Positions 1 to 10,648 are shown, counted from the first letter of the stretch. The stretch: DNA of 64,000 nt from an uncultured cyanobacterium (GCA_963706595.1 OY970166.1:448001-512000); one strand, 5' to 3'. Notes: a model not told the origin generated them from the sequence alone. A program made the numbers and translations.

Positions 1-1
1 T

Positions 2-454
2 TATCAGCAATTGAGCGCTGGTCAATGGCGACCATCAACTACAGTCCCTGCTATTGGTTGGGATTATGGCACAGTGAATGTGGGATCTACTGTGGACTAT
101 GCTTTAGATAAACCTTTAAAACAAGGAAGTTATGCGAGTATTACTTTGAGTTGGAATCGGTTGGTTGAGCTAAATGATGCTAATAAAAACCAACTATATG
201 ATGTGAGTGAAACTTTTAGCGATCGCGGATTGAATAACCTCGATTTATACTTAATGAAGACAGACGCTCAAAATTCCGATGCTGGTGTTGCTTGTGCCTC
301 ATTCAGTGACATTGACAGTGTAGAGCATATATTCTGTCCCGTTCCGGCTTCTGGCAATTATAAAATCCGTGTCCAATTTCGCCAACAGGTCAACGAAGCC
401 ACTCAGCCTTATGCTTTAGCTTGGTGGAGTGTAGCCACATCTGCCTCACATTAA
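2..454 (+). CDS. C-terminal part of a probable S8 (subtilase) family peptidase; begins before the window
   Basis: Frame is open from the window edge; NNLDLYL...SVEHIF...YALAWW resembles the C-terminal beta-domain of cyanobacterial subtilases; catalytic triad is not in the window. Confidence 0.6.
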   Translation, partial: YQQLSAGQWRPSTTVPAIGWDYGTVNVGSTVDYALDKPLKQGSYASITLSWNRLVELNDANKNQLYDVSETFSDRGLNNLDLYLMKTDAQNSDAGVACASFSDIDSVEHIFCPVPASGNYKIRVQFRQQVNEATQPYALAWWSVATSASH

Positions 455-752
455 AATGGGACTAATGTCAGTAGTGGACTGACACAGCTAATTTTGTGCA
501 TGATTGCGGGATTCTAGGCAGCCCAGCACTGGGAACATCTTTATGTACTATTTTAGTCTGGTCAGACTACTACTGACTACCGGGTAAGGTTTGGCGTGAT
601 GAGATCATTTGTGTCTACAGGGTAGCTCTGACACAAGCAGAGTACAGTTTTAATGGCTACTAAGCACAGTGCATTATTTATAACTAAGGTCAGTTCATAA
701 ACTGTCACGAAGAAAATGTTCGATTTTATCCTAGAGGAGCTACTATTGATAT

Positions 753-918
753 AGTGCAAGGAGTGTCTACCACTTCATACACTGTTTGTTACAAGTAATT
801 CTGGCAATGCTGATCGTCAAAAAATCTTGCCGTTTTCCAATGTGGCATCAAACAAGTGAAGTGGTATATACTTTTACAAGAAAGTACTTGAGCAATTCAA
901 ATTCTCAAGTGCTTTTTT
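753..918 (+). ncRNA. Candidate structured small RNA (long irregular hairpin followed by terminator)
   Basis: -10-like TACTAT 741-746; GAGTGTCTACCACTTCA..TGTTTG pairs with CAAACA..TGAAGTGGTATATACTT; inner GGCAA/TTGCC stem; no credible ORF. Confidence 0.45.
881..918 (+). terminator. Rho-independent terminator
   Basis: AAAGTACTTGAG-loop-CTCAAGTGCTTT followed by a T run. Confidence 0.7.
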
Positions 919-1049
919 GTGTATAAAAACTCAAATAAAAACATTTGTTATTGTTTGTAGGTGGCTTTTATATCCACTGTTTCAACGCAAACCAAGTATT
1001 GCGAAAAAACCCATTTGACCGGGAATAATGGGATACAAGCCCCGTCCTT

Positions 1050-1448
1050 CTAGGACGGCTTTTCTTGATTTCTGATATATTCTTTCAAAACATCTAATGG
1101 CGCACCTCCAACAGATACAGCGAAATAACTGGGACTCCACAAAGATTCCTTATGGGGCTTTTTGTATCCAGCTTGCCCATATCGACGACTAGAAACACCT
1201 TTCAAGATATTAACAATTTGGGAAATGGACAACTTAGGAGGATATTCAATAAGTGCGTGAACATGATTATTCTCGCCATTGAATTCAATTATTTCAAAAT
1301 CCATTTTTCTGGCTACTTCTCTAAAGGTTTTATCAACCAGTTCAAGGCTCTCCTTTGTGAATACAGACCTGCGGTATTTGGTAACGCAGACCAAATGAAT
1401 TTTTAAGTCTGTAACACTATGTCTCTGTTTGCGAAACTGGCTTGTCAT
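1050..1448 (-). CDS. tnpA: IS200-type Y1 (HUH) transposase
   Basis: HLVCVTKYRR, HVH (HUH motif), LWSPSYF, catalytic Tyr in EYIRNQ. Confidence 0.95.
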   Translation of the reverse strand: MTSQFRKQRHSVTDLKIHLVCVTKYRRSVFTKESLELVDKTFREVARKMDFEIIEFNGENNHVHALIEYPPKLSISQIVNILKGVSSRRYGQAGYKKPHKESLWSPSYFAVSVGGAPLDVLKEYIRNQEKPS

Positions 1449-1499
1449 TTTCTGTAGACCAATGTATAGTTTTAATTACAGACCAATTATACATTGTCG

Positions 1500-2717
1500 A
1501 TGAAAGCTAGGTATCAATTTCGTTTCTACCCAACAGACCAGCAGCAACAGCTTTTAGCTCAATTGTTTGGCTGTGTGCGAGTAGTTTGGAATGATGCACT
1601 CGCTATTTGCAAGCAATCTGTTAGCGTAGCGGGCGAGGGTACCCGCTCGACGAAACTGCCAAGTAATAATGACTTGCAAAAGTTAGTGATTACACAAGCT
1701 AAAAAGACTGATGAGCGTTCATGGTTGTCTGATGTTTCCAATATTCCATTGCAACAATCTGTTGCTGATTTAGGAGTTGCCTATAAAAACTTTTTTGATT
1801 CTCTCAAGGGTAAGCGAAAAGGTAAGAAGGTAAATAGTCCTAAGTTTAAGAGAAAGACTTCTCGACAATCAGCACGGTTTAGAATCGGCGGATTTTCAAT
1901 CAAAGGAGATGAGGTATATCTAGCTAAAATAGGCAATGTTAAGCCCATTTGGTCTAGAGGTTTACCGTCATCTCCGTCAAGTGTAACGGTCATCAAAGAC
2001 TGTGCTAATCGTTATTCCCTCAGCTTTGTTGTGGAAATTGAACCTATCCAAATTGATGCGAAAAACCAAAGCATCGGTATTGATATGGGGTTAAAAACTT
2101 TTGCTGTAATGAGTAATGGTGATCAAGCTATTAGTCCTAATTACTCAATATTAGCTCAACGAATTCGGCGAAAACAGCGCCAACTGGCTCGACAGCAGAA
2201 GGAATCAAAGCGTAGAGATAAAACACGTCTTCAAATTGCTAAACTGCATAACCAAATCGCAGATACTCGGAAAGACTTTCTGCACAAACTATCAACTAAA
2301 GTAGTTAGCGAAAACCAAGTAATTGTTTTAGAAGATTTGAATGTCTCCGGCATGGTCAAAAATCGTAAACTAGCAAGAGCAATTAGTTTGCAGGGATGGC
2401 GAGAATTCCGGGTATTTTGCGAGGCTAAATCTGAAAAACTTCATCGTGATTTCAGAGTCATTAGCCGATGGGAACCCACAAGCCAAGTTTGTTCCTGTTG
2501 TGGGTATAGGTGGGGCAAGGTGGATCTTTCTATTCGTTCAGTGCTGTGTCTAAATTGCAATACTGAACACGACAGAGATCAAAATGCTTCTAAGAATATA
2601 GAAATGGTCGGCATGGGGCATCGGCACGACCTTAAACGGACGAGGAGCGACTGTCAGACTACCCCGGTAGCTAGTTGCAGTGAGTCGTCAAGAATCACCG
2701 ACGTTCTACGTCGGTGA
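1500..2717 (+). CDS. tnpB: RNA-guided endonuclease TnpB
   Basis: HTH_OrfB N-terminus; RuvC residues GIDMG / LEDL / DRDQNA; CxxC..CxxC zinc finger; ATG 1500 preferred to TTG 1494. Confidence 0.95.
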   Translation: MKARYQFRFYPTDQQQQLLAQLFGCVRVVWNDALAICKQSVSVAGEGTRSTKLPSNNDLQKLVITQAKKTDERSWLSDVSNIPLQQSVADLGVAYKNFFDSLKGKRKGKKVNSPKFKRKTSRQSARFRIGGFSIKGDEVYLAKIGNVKPIWSRGLPSSPSSVTVIKDCANRYSLSFVVEIEPIQIDAKNQSIGIDMGLKTFAVMSNGDQAISPNYSILAQRIRRKQRQLARQQKESKRRDKTRLQIAKLHNQIADTRKDFLHKLSTKVVSENQVIVLEDLNVSGMVKNRKLARAISLQGWREFRVFCEAKSEKLHRDFRVISRWEPTSQVCSCCGYRWGKVDLSIRSVLCLNCNTEHDRDQNASKNIEMVGMGHRHDLKRTRSDCQTTPVASCSESSRITDVLRR

Positions 2718-2781
2718 GTATGTCAAATCCAATATCATTCCAACGTCAGCGTACTAATATATTTAAACTAATTTAAAAAAC

Positions 2782-3411
2782 ATGGGTGGCAAATTAATTG
2801 TATTTGAAGGGGTGGAAGGCTGCGGAAAAACTAGCCAAATGCAGCTTTGTTGTGAATGGTTGCAAAATTTAGGTGTCTCCGTGGTGATGACGCGTGAACC
2901 GGGGGGAACAGAGTTAGGCTTACATCTGCGCCGTCTTTTATTAGATAAGGTCGAAAATGAACCAATTGCTGAGGTGACAGAATTATTATTGTATGCTGCT
3001 GACCGGGCGCACCACGTGGAACAAGAACTTAAACCCAATTTAGCAGATGGAAAATATATATTGTGCGATCGCTACACTGATTCTACCACTGCCTACCAAG
3101 GTTACGGTCGGGGTTTGAACATGAACTTAATCGAACAACTCAATTATATTGCCACGGCTGGGTTAGAAAGCGACTTAACCATTTGGCTAGATGTGGATGT
3201 GGAAGTGGGACTAGCCAGAAAACAAGGCGATGGAGTAGGATTTGACCGCATTGAGCAAGAAACAATCGCTTTTCATCGGCGTGTTCAGCAAGGTTACTCA
3301 GAGTTAGCCACATCTTACCCATCTCGAATTGTGCGGGTAGATGGTAGCTTCACTCAAGCAGCAGTGCAAGAAATTATTCAGGAAATTCTGCGGGAAAAGT
3401 TGGAATTATGA
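2782..3411 (+). CDS. tmk: Thymidylate kinase
   Basis: FEGVEGCGKTS P-loop, TREPGG, LCDRY..ST.AYQG. Confidence 0.97.
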   Translation: MGGKLIVFEGVEGCGKTSQMQLCCEWLQNLGVSVVMTREPGGTELGLHLRRLLLDKVENEPIAEVTELLLYAADRAHHVEQELKPNLADGKYILCDRYTDSTTAYQGYGRGLNMNLIEQLNYIATAGLESDLTIWLDVDVEVGLARKQGDGVGFDRIEQETIAFHRRVQQGYSELATSYPSRIVRVDGSFTQAAVQEIIQEILREKLEL

Positions 3412-3464
3412 GTTGATATCACGCACCAGGCGCAGAGGCGCACCAGAGGAAGAGGTGAGGAGAT

Positions 3465-4934
3465 TTAACAGCGCTGTAATTGTGTTAGTAAAACGACAAT
3501 TTCATCCATTGATTGGCGGATAACTCTCGCGGGTTGTTCAGAATAATTGACAATTATACTAAAAGCTAAGGGCTGATAATTAGGGGAATTTACATATCCT
3601 GAGAGGGAAACTACACCTGTCATCGTGCCTGTTTTTGCTTGGACAATTCCCTCCGCAGACGTATCACGCAAGCGATTTCTGAGAGTTCCACTTACACCCG
3701 CAACAGGTAAAGAAGCCCGAAAAAGTTGAGCTTGTGGTGATTTTGTCATGGCTTCTAAAGTTTGTACCAAAGCTTGGGGACTAATTAAGTTTTTGCGAGA
3801 TAACCCAGAAGCATCTACTAATATGTAACTCGTGGGATCTACTCCTAATTGAGTTAAAGTAGTCTTGACAACTTCTAAACCTGCATCAGCTGTAGTTTGA
3901 TGATTTTTTACTGGTTGTTTAATCGCTAAACTTCTCAATAAAGCTTCAGCATACAAATTATTACTATTAATATTTGTCTCTTTTAACAACTCAGATAAAG
4001 GCGGTGATTCAATTGCTGCAAGTTCTGTTTCATTTTTTTCACTAGCACCGTATGACATCTGACTCACAGAAATTCCTGATTTCACCAAAGTTTGGCGGAA
4101 GTGACGCAAGAAATTTTGAACGGGGTCAAAAACAGCTATGGCGGTAATATTAGGGGTGGAATTTACAGCCATCTGTCCTTGAATTTGCAGCACTGGCCCT
4201 TTTAAACCACGGCTAACTCCAACAAAACCCGATTCATCTTTTTGAGTAGTTACAGAATTATTTTCCACTAGCCACTGATAGGCTTCCACCGGTTCATTCC
4301 ATGTCAGTTGTAATGGTTTTCCTATAGTTTGGGGGGAAACTGTAAATAGAGAAGCATTTTCATTGACAATTAAACTGTTAACTGGTGCGCCATAATAAGC
4401 GGCTAAGTCTTCCCATTCCCAACTGGGATGAACAATATCTCCTTGAAAATAACTATCATCCGCAATTAACTGGTTAATTTGCGTAATTCCTTGTTGCTGT
4501 AATTGCTGGGCTAATTCTTGCAGTTGTGGTACTTTTAAACTGGGGTCTCCCCTACCGACTACCCGCAAAACACCATCACCATCTTGATAAACAGAAGTAC
4601 GAATGCGAAAATCTGCACCCAATTGTTGTAAAGCTGCGGCTGTTGTCAATAATTTGGTGTTAGAAGCTGGATTAAAGTATTTTTCAGCATCTCTATCATA
4701 AAGAGTTTGTTCATCAGCCAGATTTTTGACTAAAATCCCCCAACGCATCCGACTAAATTCCGGACTATTTGTGATGCTGTCCACTGCTGACTTGAGTTGG
4801 GCGGGACAAATTGTTTTTGTGGTGGTTGTCGGTGTGACTGGTGTTTGTATTTGTGCTTTGGCTGTTTGTTGAGTGACCGCAATTTGAGTACTCAGAAATA
4901 GCGACAATAAGCCAATGGTAATTTTTTTAGACAT
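3465..4934 (-). CDS. dacB: D-alanyl-D-alanine carboxypeptidase/endopeptidase (PBP4, peptidase S13)
   Basis: Signal peptide; PASNTK (SxxK), SNN, KTGT motifs; DASGLSR. Confidence 0.93.
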   Translation of the reverse strand: MSKKITIGLLSLFLSTQIAVTQQTAKAQIQTPVTPTTTTKTICPAQLKSAVDSITNSPEFSRMRWGILVKNLADEQTLYDRDAEKYFNPASNTKLLTTAAALQQLGADFRIRTSVYQDGDGVLRVVGRGDPSLKVPQLQELAQQLQQQGITQINQLIADDSYFQGDIVHPSWEWEDLAAYYGAPVNSLIVNENASLFTVSPQTIGKPLQLTWNEPVEAYQWLVENNSVTTQKDESGFVGVSRGLKGPVLQIQGQMAVNSTPNITAIAVFDPVQNFLRHFRQTLVKSGISVSQMSYGASEKNETELAAIESPPLSELLKETNINSNNLYAEALLRSLAIKQPVKNHQTTADAGLEVVKTTLTQLGVDPTSYILVDASGLSRKNLISPQALVQTLEAMTKSPQAQLFRASLPVAGVSGTLRNRLRDTSAEGIVQAKTGTMTGVVSLSGYVNSPNYQPLAFSIIVNYSEQPARVIRQSMDEIVVLLTQLQRC

Positions 4935-4996
4935 TAATTTAATTCGTAATTCGTAATATGATGTCAGGTTAATTAGTGGCGATTACTATAATCATT

Positions 4997-5035
4997 GAAC
5001 CCCACCCCCAACCCCTCCCCGCAAGCGAGGAGGGG
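4997..5035. repeat. Dispersed hairpin repeat (second copy 29342-29380; related element about 42572-42636)
   Basis: GAACCCCACCCCCAACCCCTCCCCGCA(A/G)GCGAGGAGGGG is near-identical at two loci. Confidence 0.8.
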
Positions 5036-5137
5036 AGTAAAGTACAGGTTTCGCAGGTCTCCGGGTTTAATAAATTGTAATTTTTTCCTATGACAAAAAA
5101 GTAGAATATTTGTTCCTATGCTGATATCTTTATAGAT

Positions 5138-5170
5138 AGATCCCCGACTTCTCTAAGAAGTCGGGGATCT
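5138..5170. repeat. Palindromic dispersed repeat (copies 23314-23346, 54011-54043); possible terminator
   Basis: AGATCCCCGACTTCT-N3-AGAAGTCGGGGATCT in three copies, two of them just 3' of genes. Confidence 0.85.
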
Positions 5171-5202
5171 GAACCTCTGCTCAATTATTTTCTGGAAATC
5201 CC

Positions 5203-7107
5203 CTACAACTTAGTTCCACACTCAGAACAGAAGTTGTGTGTAGGAGGGTTTGTTGTCCCGCAATGGCTGCAAGAAACTGGTTCGACTACGGCTTTTGGTG
5301 GCTGTATCGGCAAACCAATCATTTGAGCATTGCTTTTGCCTGGGGCTACCATTGGGTAACAGTTTTCGTCTTTGGTGACTCGGACATCAACCACAACTGG
5401 TCCATTATGTGCTAGCATTTCGGCGATCGCACCTTGTAATTCCTCACGAGTCCGAACTACCATGCCCTTAATGCCGTAGGCTTTTGTCAAATGCTCAATG
5501 TCTGGCATCCCTACTTCCATATTTGAGGATGAATAACGCTCACCATAAAAGGCTTGTTGCCACTGGCGCACCATTCCCTGCCAGCCGTTATTCATAATTA
5601 CGGTCTTGACATTAATGCCATATTGTGCAAGCGTTCCCAATTCTTGCAAACACATCTGGAAACTAGCATCACCACTGATACAGATAACTTCCTCATCAGG
5701 GAAGGCTACTTTTGCACCCATCGCCGCCGGGACACCAAAACCCATTGTTCCTAAACCAGCACTAGAAATCCAGCGTCTGGGTCCATTTTTCAGGAATTGT
5801 GCCGCCCACATTTGATGTTGACCCACGTCTGTAGTGTAAAAAGCGTGGGGGGCTTGGCGACCAACTTCCACAATTACCTCTTGGGGTGAAATGCTGTCAG
5901 CATAGTGAGGCACTTCTAAGGGGTAGTCTTGTCGCCAACGGTTAATTAAATGCAACCACTCTTGATTTTTGTGTGGGATGTTTTTAATGCCTGTTTCCTG
6001 ACAGCGACGCAACAAGTCAACTAACACCTGACGCACATCACCAACGATGGGAACTTCAGGAACTCGGTTTTTACCAACTTCTGCGGGGTCGATGTCGATG
6101 TGAATTACTTTAGCATGAGAAGCGAATTCATCTAATTTACCAGTTACGCGATCGTCAAATCTCGCCCCAACGCAGATTAATAAATCGCAATCTGTCACCG
6201 CAAAGTTAGCGTAAGCAGTACCGTGCATTCCCAACATTCCTACAGACAGGGGATGATGTTCGTCGAATGCACCGATACCCATTAAGGTTGTGGTGACGGG
6301 GATATTAAATAACTCAGCTAGTTCTTTAACTTCTGCGTGGGCGTTAGATGCGATCGCCCCACCACCGACATACAATAAAGGACGGCTACTGTTACGAATT
6401 AACTTCATTGCGGCGTTGATTTGCCGAGGATTTCCCTTAACAGTGGGACGATAACCCCTTAATTTCACACTTCCCGGTGCAACCGGTACATAGTCACATT
6501 CTTCTAAAGCCACATCTTTAGGCACATCAATCAAAACTGGCCCTGGTCGTCCAGTGCTGGCAATGTGGAAAGCTTCAGCCACAATGCGCGCCATGTCTTT
6601 GGGGTCGCGCACTACATAAGAGTGTTTGACTATTGGTAGGGTAATTCCGTAAATATCGGTTTCTTGAAACGCATCCGTACCAATCGAAGCCCGTGGCACT
6701 TGTCCTGTCACCACAATCATGGGAATTGAGTCCATGTAGGCTGTAGCGATGCCTGTGACTAAATTCGTTGCCCCAGGGCCGGAAGTGCCAAAGCACACTC
6801 CTACCTTGCCAGTAGCACGAGCATAGCCATCGGCGGCGTGAGCTGCGCCTTGTTCGTGCCGGACTAAAATGTGTTTAATAGCACCAGTTGATTCTACCTT
6901 GTAGAGGTCATCGTAAATTGGCAGGATTGCCCCACCAGGATAACCAAAAATATATTCAACTTCATGGCGTACAAGACTGTCAAGCAGGGCAAAACCACCA
7001 GTTTCACGCTTGGGCGCGACGACTGGCGATTGAGTGACACCAGACTGATTGTGATTCTCGGTATGTGGGGGACTAGTTATGGATGGCAAGCGCACGGTCA
7101 CGGTCAA
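5203..7107 (-). CDS. ilvB: Acetolactate synthase large subunit with C-terminal zinc ribbon
   Basis: [31 protein letters not shown] ThDP motif; CSHC..CSEC tail. Confidence 0.97.
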   Translation of the reverse strand: MTVTVRLPSITSPPHTENHNQSGVTQSPVVAPKRETGGFALLDSLVRHEVEYIFGYPGGAILPIYDDLYKVESTGAIKHILVRHEQGAAHAADGYARATGKVGVCFGTSGPGATNLVTGIATAYMDSIPMIVVTGQVPRASIGTDAFQETDIYGITLPIVKHSYVVRDPKDMARIVAEAFHIASTGRPGPVLIDVPKDVALEECDYVPVAPGSVKLRGYRPTVKGNPRQINAAMKLIRNSSRPLLYVGGGAIASNAHAEVKELAELFNIPVTTTLMGIGAFDEHHPLSVGMLGMHGTAYANFAVTDCDLLICVGARFDDRVTGKLDEFASHAKVIHIDIDPAEVGKNRVPEVPIVGDVRQVLVDLLRRCQETGIKNIPHKNQEWLHLINRWRQDYPLEVPHYADSISPQEVIVEVGRQAPHAFYTTDVGQHQMWAAQFLKNGPRRWISSAGLGTMGFGVPAAMGAKVAFPDEEVICISGDASFQMCLQELGTLAQYGINVKTVIMNNGWQGMVRQWQQAFYGERYSSSNMEVGMPDIEHLTKAYGIKGMVVRTREELQGAIAEMLAHNGPVVVDVRVTKDENCYPMVAPGKSNAQMIGLPIQPPKAVVEPVSCSHCGTTNPPTHNFCSECGTKL

Positions 7108-7260
7108 ACCTCAGACGATAGCTAAGTTAACGCGTCAATTCTGTATTTAGTATTCCATTTTAATGGAAAAATTGAATTTAATTCCGCTATTAAAATATAA
7201 AGTTTGACATAAACAAAGAATTGCTGTGATTTCGCAATGCAATTGCCTAAGAAAACCAAG

Positions 7261-7356
7261 TTACAGCACTTTTCATGTATTTGAAGCACATCTGTCGTAG
7301 GGGCGCAAGGCCTTGCGCCCCTACAGCGTGGTCTATTTGCCTGAAAATAGCTGTAA
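7261..7356. mobile_element. MITE carrying a GTAG-type REP hairpin
   Basis: TIR TTACAGCACTTTTCA / TGAAAATAGCTGTAA; central GTAGGGGCGCAAGGCCTTGCGCCCCTAC. Confidence 0.7.
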
Positions 7357-7380
7357 TCCAATCATAGCTAATTATCATCC

Positions 7381-8241
7381 ATGTCTTTCGACAATCTTTG
7401 CAAGCTGCTATCAGAAAAACATCCTGAAACATTTGCCAGTTGGGTATTAGGGACACCGCAAACAGGTGCTACAGCCCTGAAAACCGAATTGAGTATTGAA
7501 CCCATCCGCGCCGATTACGTCACCTTTTTACAACTAGAAGGCAGGATTTTACACTTAGAATTTCAAACCAAATTAGAATCCACACCACCCCTACCTCTGC
7601 GAATGTTAGATTATTGGGTGCGGTTGTATCGGTTGTATCGTTTACCAATCACACAAGTGGTAGTTTTACTACTCCCACCCAAAGATGACATTGAAATTGC
7701 TACAGCCTTTACAGTGGAAAACACTAGACACGAATATCGGGTAATTAAGATGTGGGAGGAAAACCCCGAACCGTTTCTCCAGGATTCAGCATTATTACCT
7801 CTAGCATCGTTAACAGCCACCAATCAACCCCCAGTCTTGCTAGAACAAATTGTGCAGCGAGTCAACCAAGTGGAGACAACACAACGACCGGAAATTTCCG
7901 CTTACACCCAAATCTTGGCAGGGTTAAAATTTAAGAAGGATTTAATTAGAAGATTATTTCGGGAGGGTATGATGCGCGAGTCAGTAATTTACCAAGAAAT
8001 TCTCGAAGAAGGCGAACAGCGAGGGGAACAACGAGGACGACAAGAAGGGCGACAAGAAGGGCGACAAGAAGGGGAACGAAGTCTGGTTTTGCGTCTACTC
8101 ACTCGCAAAGTAGGAGAATTACCCCCAGGGATGCGTGAACAATTGGAAACTCTGTCGTTGGAACAATTAGAAAATCTGGGTGAGGCTTTATTGGACTTTA
8201 ACACTTTGTTGGATTTGGAGGCATGGTTAACCAATAAGTAG
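7381..8241 (+). CDS. Rpn-family PD-(D/E)xK nuclease with C-terminal DUF4351-like domain (copy 1)
   Basis: RADYV..HLEFQ, PLRMLDY, EGRQ repeats, LEQLENLGEALLDF..LEAWL. Confidence 0.88.
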   Translation: MSFDNLCKLLSEKHPETFASWVLGTPQTGATALKTELSIEPIRADYVTFLQLEGRILHLEFQTKLESTPPLPLRMLDYWVRLYRLYRLPITQVVVLLLPPKDDIEIATAFTVENTRHEYRVIKMWEENPEPFLQDSALLPLASLTATNQPPVLLEQIVQRVNQVETTQRPEISAYTQILAGLKFKKDLIRRLFREGMMRESVIYQEILEEGEQRGEQRGRQEGRQEGRQEGERSLVLRLLTRKVGELPPGMREQLETLSLEQLENLGEALLDFNTLLDLEAWLTNK

Positions 8242-8411
8242 AAATCCAACCCCAGGAGAAGCAAGGATTCTTGGGGTTCAAACAGTAATTGAGCATAAAA
8301 TTTTGTATAAAGGACGACAATAAGGTTATAAAGCCAGCGCGCTGCTCCCTTGCTTATATATTAAAGATGTACCCAAAAAAGGTAAGATAAAGTAACTAAA
8401 ATGTACCTATC

Positions 8412-10559
8412 ATGCCAAAACGTCTTTTAGTAGTTGAATCCCCCGGTAAAGTCAAGAAACTCAGTCAGATTTTGGGTACGGATTGGATTGTTCGTGCTAG
8501 TTGCGGTCACATCCGCGAACTGAGTAATGAGGGTGATGATTCTCTGGGATTCAATATTGATGGCGGCGTGGTAAAGTGTCATTATGTGCCGCGTGATCAA
8601 CGGGCAAAAGAAACTATCCAAAAACTTAAGTCTGCGGTCAAACAGGTTGATGAGGTGATTCTAGCAACTGACCCAGATAGAGAGGGAGAAACCATTGCTT
8701 GGCATCTCAAAGAAGTGCTGGGATTGAAAGAACCCAAACGTGTGGTTTATACAGAGATTACGGCATCGGCGGTGAAAAGTGCGATCGCTCATTCTAGAAA
8801 ACTTGATTTGAACTTGATAGGTGCGGGATTATGCAGAGATTGTCTAGATAAATTGGTGGGTTACAAAGGCAGTCCTCTGGTTTGGGCATTAAATAACGGT
8901 GCTAAAAGTGTTGGGAGAGTCCAAAGCGCTACATTACATTTAATTTGTCAACGAGAAAGGGAAATTCAAGCTTTTGTTCCCCAGGACTACTGGAATGTTT
9001 GGGTAGATTACGCAGAAGGATTTCGGGCTTTTTACAAAGGTACGGCTAATTCTCCCTCAGAGGTTCCACAGCCAGAAACAGAAACTAATGATGATGCAGC
9101 TACGGCTAATAGCAAAGAAAAACCAGAATCTAAACGTGTTTTATCGGAAGCTGAAGCGACACGATTAGTTGAAGAAGCCCGGCTTTATCCGCACAAAATT
9201 ATTCAGGTGGAAGGAAAAACCGTCAATCGTCAACCACCTCCCCCTTTTATTACTTCCACACTCCAACAAGCTGCCGGTTCCAAGCTGCGGTTGTCTCCAG
9301 ATAAAACGATGCAGGTTGCCCAAAAGCTTTATGAAGCTGGGTTAATCACATATATGCGAACCGATTCGGTGATGTTGAGTCCGGAATTTTGCGCTAGTGC
9401 GCGTCAATGGTTAGAGCAAAATGACCCGCAGAATGTCCCGCAGCAACTAGCCAAACATCGGAGTAGTAAATCGGCTCAAGAAGCCCATGAAGCTATCCGT
9501 CCTACAGATGTTTTTCGCCCCTCAGTGGAATTGCGCGCAGAATTGCCATCTGATGAGTTTAACTTGTATGTGATGATTTGGAAACGGGCGATCGCATCTC
9601 AATGTAAAGCCGCCCAACTCCGCAAAACTCAAATCATTACCCAGTCAGGAAACCTGTTATGGCAAGCTAGAGGACAGGTAATTGAGTTCTACGGTTACGC
9701 TCGTTACTGGAACAATCTCAGTAAAGATTCAGATTTACCTGCGGTAAAACAGGGACAGGTGCTGACGCTAGAAAATGCTGGACATGAGCAAAAGCAAACT
9801 CAGCCACCACCACGCTACAGCGAACCCAAGCTAGTACAGGTAATGGAACGCAAAGGTATTGGTCGCCCCAGTACCTACGCCCCCACTGTCGCCACGCTCA
9901 AAAAACGGGATTATGTGCAGTTAATCAAAGACAACCTACAGCCGACAGCTTTGGGGTTAGAGGTTGATGATTTTTTACAAAAGGCTTTACCCGATTTACT
10001 AGAGGCAGAATTTACAGCTAAGATGGAAGATGCTTTAGATGCGATCGCTGATGGAAAACAAGGTTGGCAGCAATATCTCAGTGGTTGGAATCAGGATTAT
10101 TTTATACCCGCATTATCCAAAGCCAAGACTCTGATTACAGGTGCATCAAATAATAAAGCGTTTCCCCAGCGTCAGTTTGAAGTTTCTAGAACTCGTTGCC
10201 CTGAGTGCAACAATTGTATGTCGAAAATTCCTAGCACTAAGGTAAAGAAGAAATATTTTCTTAAGTGTACCAGTGGCTGTGAAAATGTGGTCATGTTTTG
10301 GAGCGATCGCTCTAAATCTTGGTCAGCACCCTGCAATCAAGATAGTGAACAAAAGCCGCCAGCCAAGATAAGTTCACATCCCTGCCCTGTATGTAAAAAG
10401 CCTTTGGAAGAATACAGTTATACAAAGGATGGACAACAGAAAACAATGCTGCGATGTTCAAATCCTCAATCTCGCCAGGATAACAAACATAAGGATGTAG
10501 CTTACTTTAACACAGCCAAAGGGTGGTGGAGTCCAAAGTTCGGCGACTTAAAAAGCTAG
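8412..10559 (+). CDS. topA: Type IA DNA topoisomerase, probably an accessory paralog, with zinc-ribbon C-terminus
   Basis: VESPGK, ATDPDREGE (TOPRIM), GRVQS, ITYMRTDS (catalytic Tyr), AHEAIRP, GIGRPSTY; CPEC and CPVC ribbons. Confidence 0.92.
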   Translation: MPKRLLVVESPGKVKKLSQILGTDWIVRASCGHIRELSNEGDDSLGFNIDGGVVKCHYVPRDQRAKETIQKLKSAVKQVDEVILATDPDREGETIAWHLKEVLGLKEPKRVVYTEITASAVKSAIAHSRKLDLNLIGAGLCRDCLDKLVGYKGSPLVWALNNGAKSVGRVQSATLHLICQREREIQAFVPQDYWNVWVDYAEGFRAFYKGTANSPSEVPQPETETNDDAATANSKEKPESKRVLSEAEATRLVEEARLYPHKIIQVEGKTVNRQPPPPFITSTLQQAAGSKLRLSPDKTMQVAQKLYEAGLITYMRTDSVMLSPEFCASARQWLEQNDPQNVPQQLAKHRSSKSAQEAHEAIRPTDVFRPSVELRAELPSDEFNLYVMIWKRAIASQCKAAQLRKTQIITQSGNLLWQARGQVIEFYGYARYWNNLSKDSDLPAVKQGQVLTLENAGHEQKQTQPPPRYSEPKLVQVMERKGIGRPSTYAPTVATLKKRDYVQLIKDNLQPTALGLEVDDFLQKALPDLLEAEFTAKMEDALDAIADGKQGWQQYLSGWNQDYFIPALSKAKTLITGASNNKAFPQRQFEVSRTRCPECNNCMSKIPSTKVKKKYFLKCTSGCENVVMFWSDRSKSWSAPCNQDSEQKPPAKISSHPCPVCKKPLEEYSYTKDGQQKTMLRCSNPQSRQDNKHKDVAYFNTAKGWWSPKFGDLKS

Positions 10560-10648
10560 ATATATAGAAAATAGTTGCTGAGAGTAATTATATTTATGAC
10601 TCTCTACGAGATAATAACAATGCTTAATGAAATAGCGATGTATTATCC

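Larger units (their letters stand above)
1020..2726 (+). mobile_element. IS200/IS605-family element (divergent tnpA and tnpB)
   Basis: Target motif (T)TGAC 1015-1019; guide CAAG before left hairpin CCGTCC-TTCTA-GGACGG; guide GAAT before right hairpin CACCGACG..CGTCGGTG; ends in TCAA at 2726. Confidence 0.9.
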
